Shown here piece after piece: positions 1-5,961 of a stretch of DNA of 10,277 bases (the first letter of the stretch is position 1; every line of letters begins with the position of its first letter). Under the pieces are notes generated by a model. It was not told where the DNA came from and did no database searches. It saw only the letters and a list, made by a program, of their open reading frames with translations. This DNA comes from a virus (taxonomy: Duplodnaviria > Heunggongvirae > Uroviricota > Caudoviricetes), in the IMG/VR virus record IMGVR_UViG_2836824207_000004, positions 1 to 10,277 of that record. One strand, 5' to 3'. A program made the position numbers and the translations under genes.

Positions 1-1200
1 ATGCTAACAGATACAAAAATTAAATCTCTTAAACCTAAAGACAAAGTGTATAAAGTCGCAGATCGAGATGGACTTTATGTTTCCGTGTCAGTGACTGGGA
101 CTATCACTTTCCGCTATGACTATCGTATAAACGGCAGACGAGAAACGCTGACTATAGGCAAATACGGTGTTGATGGCATCAATCTTGCGGAAGCTCGTGA
201 GCGTTTGATGATTGCTCGTAAACAAGTAAGTGAAGGGGTTTCACCTGCAAGACAAAAGCGTGCCGAACGTAATAAAATCCGCAATGCAGATCGTTTTTGT
301 ATTTTTGCGGAAAAATATCTTGCTGACGTCAAATTAGCTGACAGTACAAAAGCCTTACGTATTGCAACATACGAGCGAGATATTAAAGACACTTTTGGCA
401 ATAGGCTGATGGTTGAAATCACAACTGATGAAATTCGTCATCACTGTGAAAAAATCAAAGATCGCGGTGCTCCTTCTACGGCGATATTTGTCCGTGATCT
501 CATTGCAAATATTTATCGCTATGCTATTCAACGCGGGCATAAATTTAGCAACCCTGCCGATGAGATTGCTAATTCATCCATTGCTGTATTCAAAAAACGA
601 GAGCGTACATTAACTCCACGCGAAATTCATTTGTTCTTCAATGCTCTTGAAGAAACTCAATCGGACTTCGGTTTGAAAAAAGCGGTTAAATTCATTTTGT
701 TAACCCTTGTACGAAAGGGCGAACTCATCAACGCTAAATGGGATGAAATCGATTTCAAAAATAAAGTCTGGACAATTCCCGCTGAAAGAATGAAAGCTAA
801 ACGTGCACATAACGTTTATTTGTCTGAACAATCCATTGATTTAATTGTAGCGTTTCAAATTTATTCAGAGGGTTCGCCATACTTGTTGCCAGGTCGAATA
901 AATCGGCAAAAACCTATCGCCAATAGCTCTCTTAATCGAGTGATTGCCAACTGTATTCAATATATTAATCGCAACGAGCAGCTCATCGATGATTTTACCG
1001 TACACGATTTGCGTCGCACAGGATCCACCTTACTACACGAGATGGGATTCAATAGTGATTGGATTGAGAAAAGTTTAGCTCACGAGCAACAAGGTGTGCG
1101 TGCAGTTTATAATAAAGCTGAATATGCAGAACAAAGAAAAGAAATGTTGCAAGTGTGGGCTGATAAGGTGGATGAATGGATTAAAGGTAAGAATTTGTAA
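1..1200 (+). CDS. int: Tyrosine recombinase/integrase, P4/IntA-like with N-terminal arm-binding domain (399 aa)
   Basis: The N-terminus MLTDTKIKSLKPKDKVYKVADRDGLY...FRYDYRINGRRETLTIGKY is typical of the Arm-DNA-bind_3/DUF4102 domain. Catalytic residues are present: R in TLVRKGEL, K in ERMKAKR, HDLRR (H-x-x-R), LAH, and Y in VYNKAEY. The ATG is at base 1, so the promoter, RBS and att site cannot be seen. Stop TAA at 1198-1200. Confidence 0.96.
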   Translation: MLTDTKIKSLKPKDKVYKVADRDGLYVSVSVTGTITFRYDYRINGRRETLTIGKYGVDGINLAEARERLMIARKQVSEGVSPARQKRAERNKIRNADRFCIFAEKYLADVKLADSTKALRIATYERDIKDTFGNRLMVEITTDEIRHHCEKIKDRGAPSTAIFVRDLIANIYRYAIQRGHKFSNPADEIANSSIAVFKKRERTLTPREIHLFFNALEETQSDFGLKKAVKFILLTLVRKGELINAKWDEIDFKNKVWTIPAERMKAKRAHNVYLSEQSIDLIVAFQIYSEGSPYLLPGRINRQKPIANSSLNRVIANCIQYINRNEQLIDDFTVHDLRRTGSTLLHEMGFNSDWIEKSLAHEQQGVRAVYNKAEYAEQRKEMLQVWADKVDEWIKGKNL

Positions 1201-1225
1201 AAAAACCGCACCTTTCGATGCGGTT
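1201..1225 (-). terminator. Rho-independent terminator of the minus-strand structural operon, between convergent int and the gp21-like gene
   Basis: The minus strand reads AACCGCATC-GAAA-GGTGCGGTT-TTTTT: a 9-bp stem with one U.G wobble, a GAAA tetraloop and a U-tract. One arm (AGGTGCGGT) is an 8/9 match to the USS core. On the plus strand there is no U-tract after the stem, so termination of int would be weaker. Confidence 0.85.
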
Positions 1226-1234
1226 GCTCTGCTA

Positions 1235-1978
1235 TTAAAGTCCCATTCTGCGACGCATTTTGAATGATTTCAGGCGACGCATTTTAGCTGCACCTGTATT
1301 AGCTCTGCGTTGTGCTTTGCGAATTGCTGTACGTTGTTTGGCGGTCAAACGAACCTTACCCGAAATGCGTTTATTAATACGCATTTTCTTGCCATTGCGG
1401 ATAGCAAACACTTTTCTATAAGCGGCATCAGTGATTAATTCATCAGCCAATGCACCATCTAACACCGCTTCATTTTCTTCCGTTGAGAAAATTAATGCGT
1501 CCATCTCACCTTGCATTTCCTCTTCACCTTGTGGCAATTTGGTCAAGATAAATTCGTGAATATTGCGTGCAAGGTCATTGTCAAAATCATCTAATAGTGC
1601 CCCTGCATTTTCTTCAGAAACGCCTTTAGAAATTAAGTAATCATAGACCGCATTTAGTCCGATGGTAACAACCTCTTGCTCGTCATCGTCTAATTCTCCA
1701 TCTTGATTATCATCTGCAACAGCGATCATCAACCCAAGCAGGCGATCACCAAATCCTTCGTTTTCTTCAAGATCCTCTTCATTAGTTTCACACCATTCAT
1801 AGAAATAATTCAAGGCTTCTGAAGCAATTTGCTGTTCTTGGAAAAGTGCAAGTCTGTTATCGGGCTTATCTTCTTCCGCACCATCAAGAATCATTGCATT
1901 TTTATTTGCAACCATTGCGGTGGGTTTTCCTACCGCTTTTTTCGGGAGGCGTGATAAATGTAATAATTGCTCAAACAT
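1235..1978 (-). CDS. gp21: P1 gp21-like virion protein; acidic body with a strongly basic C-terminal tail (247 aa)
   Basis: The C-terminus YRKVFAIRNGKKMRINKR...RLTAKQRTAIRKAQRRANTGAAKMRRLKSFKMRRRMGL resembles the P1 gp21 tail as remembered (FKKVVRNGEIKLIRKR...RLTAAQKSALKKARRKAQTGAAK...). It lies directly downstream of the gp22-like gene, as in P1. RBS AAGGA lies 7 nt before the ATG and overlaps the sheath stop codon. Confidence 0.85.
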   Translation of the reverse strand: MFEQLLHLSRLPKKAVGKPTAMVANKNAMILDGAEEDKPDNRLALFQEQQIASEALNYFYEWCETNEEDLEENEGFGDRLLGLMIAVADDNQDGELDDDEQEVVTIGLNAVYDYLISKGVSEENAGALLDDFDNDLARNIHEFILTKLPQGEEEMQGEMDALIFSTEENEAVLDGALADELITDAAYRKVFAIRNGKKMRINKRISGKVRLTAKQRTAIRKAQRRANTGAAKMRRLKSFKMRRRMGL

Positions 1979-1987
1979 AATCTTTCC

Positions 1988-3628
1988 TTATCGAGTAATC
2001 GTTGATGTAATATGTATTTGGCGAACACAACCCTCTGGGCGAACACGCCAGCTGACCATCATTACGTCTGCAGGGCGTTGTTGATTTGGCATAATTTCTA
2101 GCTCATAAGCCTTGCCACCTAATTCACTGCTATTTACAAGCCACCCTGACGTTTTCGCGGCATCAAAATGCTGGGTGATCATTCGATATGCTGCTTTTAT
2201 CGCCTCTTCCATCGGCATAAAGAGTAAAAATTCTCTTGCTATACGTGCAACATCTCGTTCAAGCGAGGTGATAATTTCAACAGAAGAAATTAAATTTAAG
2301 AAACTGGTTTCTTTTCCCGCTTTGGTAATGGCATCAGCAAAAACATAGCCACTACTACTTGAGAATGTTTGGAAAATAACAGGCGTAATTCCAGCCGCTG
2401 CTAAATCGGATAATTCCTCATTATCAGGCTTATAAAGTTGCTTCATTCCTTGTCGTTGAATTGGGAATTGACGACCCGCTACCGCGTATTGTTTGGCAGA
2501 GAAGCCAAGTGCATTTTGTACGGCATTACGCTGGCAAGATAAGGCACAGCGATAAGCACTCGTCCCAATTTTGACCCGACCACTTACCCCATTAGGATCA
2601 TTACATTCCACAGGATGCCAGAGTAAGCTTAATAAATAGCTACTCAATCCCAATTGATTTACCCAAGCAATCGCTTGTTTTGGCGTAAAATGATTGGGCA
2701 CATCAATCATTACTTGAATATTTTTATCAAATCCTAATTGTGCTAATGCAGCACAAAGTGCGGTAGAATTTGAGCCTAAACTTGAAATATAGACAAAATT
2801 GCTATCCGTATCTTTCAGCTGTTTTACTGCACTTTGGTATTGGAGTGCGGTGAAACTACTCACGCTCCCTTCACTAAATGGATATAGCACCTCTGTTACT
2901 TGAACGCGTTGAATGCCATTCTCATTTTTACCATAAGCAGCACAATCTTTCGGAATTACCGCACCTTGAGCTAAAACAAGTTCATAATCATCAAAGGCGT
3001 ATTTCGCAATTTGTGCTTGCAAGCTATTTGGGTAGCCATCGTCATCAACAGAATCTAAGTCGATTGATCCCGTAAATTCATCAAGCACAGATTTATTTTT
3101 ATCCATTACTTTTAACGTGATCATTTTGGCATCAACTGACTGGCTTCTTTCATCTTGCAATTCAGGTGCTGAAATAGAAAGTCGTATGCCATCATTAAAA
3201 CAGCCGTGATGTTTTAATGCCAAAATGAAGGTATCACTAGGAACCTCATCGACCAATTCAACTTTTAACGCATAACGTCCACTAGGGCTATCAGGCTTTT
3301 TCACTACAATCCACTTGTTCTTTGCATCCGTTCCGACTAAGCGAGAAATCACCGCACGTTTTGCTCCCTTATTTAAGGCTTCAACAAGCTGAGTATGTGC
3401 ATCATTCAGTGCATTAACTCGAATAGGCTCAGGACGACCGGTAATACGTAGGACATTTCCTTTATGTACTTCAAATGCTCGACCAATCGGACCGCGTGGT
3501 AATCGAGCTACTGCAGCAAATGTTTGATCTTCGACAGCATTAACCGCAAATCCCTCACTCTTGTCTAGCGTTGGATTAAGCTGTACACCGGGTTCGTGTC
3601 CTAAAGAACGACTAAAACTGGTTGCCAT
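1988..3628 (-). CDS. gp22: Contractile tail sheath protein, P1 gp22-like (546 aa)
   Basis: The N-terminus FSRSLGHEPGVQLNP...AAVARLPRGPIGRAFEV...GRPEP resembles P1 gp22 as remembered (IQQSLGNASGVAVSP...GIGVFARGKPFTVLAV...GEPLKP). It has a sheath-like C-terminus (AGRQFPI, FDAAKTSGWLV, VSWRVRPEGCVRQIHI), and size and synteny fit. RBS AAGGAG lies 6 nt upstream, within the last codons of the 153-aa gene. Confidence 0.87.
   Translation of the reverse strand: MATSFSRSLGHEPGVQLNPTLDKSEGFAVNAVEDQTFAAVARLPRGPIGRAFEVHKGNVLRITGRPEPIRVNALNDAHTQLVEALNKGAKRAVISRLVGTDAKNKWIVVKKPDSPSGRYALKVELVDEVPSDTFILALKHHGCFNDGIRLSISAPELQDERSQSVDAKMITLKVMDKNKSVLDEFTGSIDLDSVDDDGYPNSLQAQIAKYAFDDYELVLAQGAVIPKDCAAYGKNENGIQRVQVTEVLYPFSEGSVSSFTALQYQSAVKQLKDTDSNFVYISSLGSNSTALCAALAQLGFDKNIQVMIDVPNHFTPKQAIAWVNQLGLSSYLLSLLWHPVECNDPNGVSGRVKIGTSAYRCALSCQRNAVQNALGFSAKQYAVAGRQFPIQRQGMKQLYKPDNEELSDLAAAGITPVIFQTFSSSSGYVFADAITKAGKETSFLNLISSVEIITSLERDVARIAREFLLFMPMEEAIKAAYRMITQHFDAAKTSGWLVNSSELGGKAYELEIMPNQQRPADVMMVSWRVRPEGCVRQIHITSTITR
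2756..2764 (+). repeat. Haemophilus-type DNA uptake signal sequence (USS) inside the sheath gene
   Basis: Perfect AAGTGCGGT followed by AGAATTT, which fits the AT-rich flank of the Hin-type USS consensus. Confidence 0.8.
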
Positions 3629-3631
3629 TGA

Positions 3632-4093
3632 TTACTCCTTGTTGTTTTCTTCATCAGGTTTAACATCTTCATTTTGTTGATGCTTATCTCTTCGTTTACG
3701 TGATTTTTTGCTCTCTCCGGTTTCGTTTCTTTCAGTTTCAACAGTATGAGTTTCTTCAACTTCAGCTGTGTGAGCGTCTTCAACTGTATCAACCTCTTTT
3801 TCTGCAATAGAAAGTGAGATCGCTTTTTCAAAATCATTTGCTTTTGCCACCAATTCAATATCCGTAACGAATTGCATTAAATGACCAAATGTCGGAAATT
3901 CAACTTCTTGCTTTGTGATACCGCTTGCTTTTAAATTAGAGTCTAAAAACAGGCTCACCGAAGCCCCAACAACATCACGGGGCATATGGTTTTCTACAGT
4001 AATTTTTTGCGGGAAGTTAAATTCCCCACATTCTTGTTTTAAGATCGCTAATGCTTCATTTTCTTTTAGCATTGATCCAATAATTAAGAACAT
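3632..4093 (-). CDS. Hypothetical protein between capsid and sheath genes (153 aa): about 97-aa putative folded domain plus a charged, low-complexity tail
   Basis: Strong RBS AAGGAGA lies 7 nt before the ATG, right after the capsid double stop (TGA TAA). The ORF exactly fills the gap between two operon genes, and its final codons supply the sheath RBS. Confidence 0.85.
   Translation of the reverse strand: MFLIIGSMLKENEALAILKQECGEFNFPQKITVENHMPRDVVGASVSLFLDSNLKASGITKQEVEFPTFGHLMQFVTDIELVAKANDFEKAISLSIAEKEVDTVEDAHTAEVEETHTVETERNETGESKKSRKRRDKHQQNEDVKPDEENNKE
3732..3787 (-). repeat. Imperfect short tandem coding repeat (TVEDAH/TAEVEETH/TVETE)
   Basis: The minus strand has three related units, ACAGTTGAAGAC, ACAGCTGAAGTT and ACTGTTGAAACT, separated by HT-encoding segments. 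Confidence 0.45.
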
Positions 4094-4108
4094 AGGGGAA
4101 TCTCCTTA

Positions 4109-5743
4109 TCAATTTGGGGTGTCTAACACATCAAGCAAAGCAACACTTGCCGCATACTCTGGCACGGGGTTTTGTTCTGCAAAGTTTTTACCCGTTACCC
4201 AATAGCCACCCTCAGGGCTTTCTGAATTTGGGTTAATGCGATCAATTTTTGGTGCACCCACTTCACCAAAAATAAATGGATTGAACGCTGGTTGTGCGGA
4301 ATTAGCACCAATCAACAACATACGAGCGGCTTTCTTGCCACCACTTTCGGTGCGTTTACCTAAGCCTTTCGGTGTGTAATAAACTTCATACATTCCACCT
4401 AAGCGACCTAAGCGATAACTCCCTGGGCGTGCTGAAATATTAGATGATTCAAAATAATCCCCACCAAGTGCAGAAAGAATAGTACGAATGCGATCATCAA
4501 CATAAATATGGGATACCCCGTGAGAGCCGTTACGATTTGCCATCTCTTGGCTAATCATATCGATTTTGCTTAATAAAATTTTGGCAATCTCTTCTTGAGA
4601 TTTGCGTTTACCTGCTTCGTCCCAATCAAAGTCAAATTCATTCGCATTGTGGAATTTCGCAATGGTTGTCGCATCATTCAGGGCTTTATAAAGATGTTCT
4701 TGAGCAAATTGCATACGAATCATCATTGTCCCTTCTGTCGCGGGATCAATACCCATTTCTTGACTAAACTGACGTTCCGCTTCTGGAGTTACCACTACTT
4801 TTGAGCGGTAGGATTTTGCAAACATTGTATATTTATTTGCAATCGTTTTGACTGACGGCGTTGCCTCTTTAAATTTCACATCTTCCACGTTCAAATAACC
4901 GCGTGCTGCCACAACGGTATTTTCAGGCACGGCGGACGTAAACGCGACGGTAACTTCGCCAGTTTGAATTTTAACAGTGGCAGTAAAACTGTAATCCGTA
5001 TCGCCAATTTTTACTGCCGCCGAAACCATTTCAGTATCAGATTTTGAATTTGTAGTTGTCGCCGCAACTAACCCATTTACCATAATTTGCGTACGACTAG
5101 GATAAAGCGGGATCACGGTAGCAGACTGATCGCATTGAGCAAAATCGGTCATTACTGAAGTAATTTTACCTGAGTAATTGGTTTTATCACTTGAAGTTAA
5201 TGTATGTGTACGATCGGAAGTAATAAATGGATTACCACCACTTACACCATTTAATGATCCCCCAACATCATACATACCGGTTTTATTTCCCGCGTGATGA
5301 GAAATAATAATTAACGGTGCTTCACCCGTGTTTTTATCCCCTTGCAAATAATAGGCAAATGGCACACCCGCAAATAACACAGACTTAATCGCAATCAAGG
5401 CTTGGCGTGGCACCATCGCACGTGCTTCTGATGACATTGAATTTGATGTTGCAATCGCATCATCAAGATACACTTTTCCTTGTTCAAGTGCTGACGCAAC
5501 TAAGTGTGAACCCGGTTTACATCCGTGTGCTTTTTCATAGGCATTAATGCCATCTAAAATCGCTTGTCGGATTTCCACCATTCCCACTTGATTGGCTTCC
5601 TTCCCATCATTAAACGAGCCTAATTTATCATTGATTTGCTCAACAGAATCTAACTGTAACGATGAAACATCATTCACATCAGCAAGTACACTATCCATTA
5701 ACAACTGAGCTTCTTGGCAGCGTTTATCATCATAAAATGGCAT
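4109..5743 (-). CDS. gp23: Major capsid protein precursor, P1 gp23-like (544 aa)
   Basis: YEKAHGCKPGSHLVASALEQ resembles P1 gp23 YAAAHKSMPRPEILASC. PLYPSRTQIMVNG resembles PIRKGRTNIYVNR, TGEVTVAFTSAVP resembles IGQIALSFSKAPD, and KYTMFAKSY resembles KYTLFPSQF (P1 sequences from memory). It is the first gene of a 23-22-21-like operon, with RBS GGAGG 7 nt before the ATG and a double stop TGA-TAA. Confidence 0.88.
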   Translation of the reverse strand: MPFYDDKRCQEAQLLMDSVLADVNDVSSLQLDSVEQINDKLGSFNDGKEANQVGMVEIRQAILDGINAYEKAHGCKPGSHLVASALEQGKVYLDDAIATSNSMSSEARAMVPRQALIAIKSVLFAGVPFAYYLQGDKNTGEAPLIIISHHAGNKTGMYDVGGSLNGVSGGNPFITSDRTHTLTSSDKTNYSGKITSVMTDFAQCDQSATVIPLYPSRTQIMVNGLVAATTTNSKSDTEMVSAAVKIGDTDYSFTATVKIQTGEVTVAFTSAVPENTVVAARGYLNVEDVKFKEATPSVKTIANKYTMFAKSYRSKVVVTPEAERQFSQEMGIDPATEGTMMIRMQFAQEHLYKALNDATTIAKFHNANEFDFDWDEAGKRKSQEEIAKILLSKIDMISQEMANRNGSHGVSHIYVDDRIRTILSALGGDYFESSNISARPGSYRLGRLGGMYEVYYTPKGLGKRTESGGKKAARMLLIGANSAQPAFNPFIFGEVGAPKIDRINPNSESPEGGYWVTGKNFAEQNPVPEYAASVALLDVLDTPN

Positions 5744-5961
5744 ATTTTGCCCTCCATAGTTTCATTAATTGACGTATTGAAATTACAAAGGGCAATGAAT
5801 GAGAATTGAAGCCACTCTGCCTTTGTAAACAGCGTTACTTTACAAATGACTAGAAGAAAGAAATTTTCATTTTTCCTAATTTGACTACGAAATAAAGTGC
5901 AGTGGCGAATAGATAGGAAAAATACCGCTCTCCTAAAAAAATCAACCTTTATGCTAGAGGA
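5744..5961. promoter_or_regulatory. Divergent control region between the capsid operon and terminase; probable late promoter(s)
   Basis: This is the only sizeable non-coding gap (218 bp) and lies between divergent starts. It holds three TTACAAA copies (5783-5789 +, 5822-5828 -, 5840-5846 +) forming two inverted repeats, and GCGTTACTT (5832-5840), a 7/9 match to the remembered P1 Lpa box AAGTTACTT. No canonical sigma70 -35/-10 pair was recognised. Confidence 0.6.

Noticed and set aside
120-613. Three short ORFs (120-422 -, 355-540 -, 413-613 +) within int
   Set aside because: They lie wholly inside a well-supported integrase, have no recognisable motifs, and are antisense or alternative-frame shadows.
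677-685. Actinobacillus-type USS (ACAAGCGGT) near-matches here and at 3920-3928
   Set aside because: Only 8/9 matches with no perfect copy seen. All perfect cores in the window are Hin-type.
1966-1982. ATTGCTC-starting sequences resembling the P1 C1 operator (also near 7960)
   Set aside because: Only the first 7-8 bases match the remembered 17-bp consensus, and both lie in coding sequence away from promoters.
2112-3075. Plus-strand ORFs 2112-2348 and 2878-3075
   Set aside because: Antisense to the sheath gene, short, with no recognisable product.
3601-3858. 85-aa same-strand alternative-frame ORF overlapping the 153-aa gene, considered as a programmed frameshift product
   Set aside because: Its K/L-rich composition is the expected off-frame reading of GAA/GTT-rich codons. 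There is no convincing slippery heptamer, and it would run over the sheath start.
4094-4111. Possible read-through from capsid into the 153-aa gene (capsid C-terminal extension)
   Set aside because: The capsid ends in a double stop (TGA TAA), and the next gene has its own strong RBS.
3915-4804. Plus-strand ORFs 3915-4205 and 4595-4804
   Set aside because: Antisense to the capsid operon, with no supporting features.
5769-5909. TTGACG (5769-5774) and TTGACT (5881-5886) as sigma70 -35 boxes
   Set aside because: No acceptable -10 hexamer at 16-18 bp spacing downstream of either.
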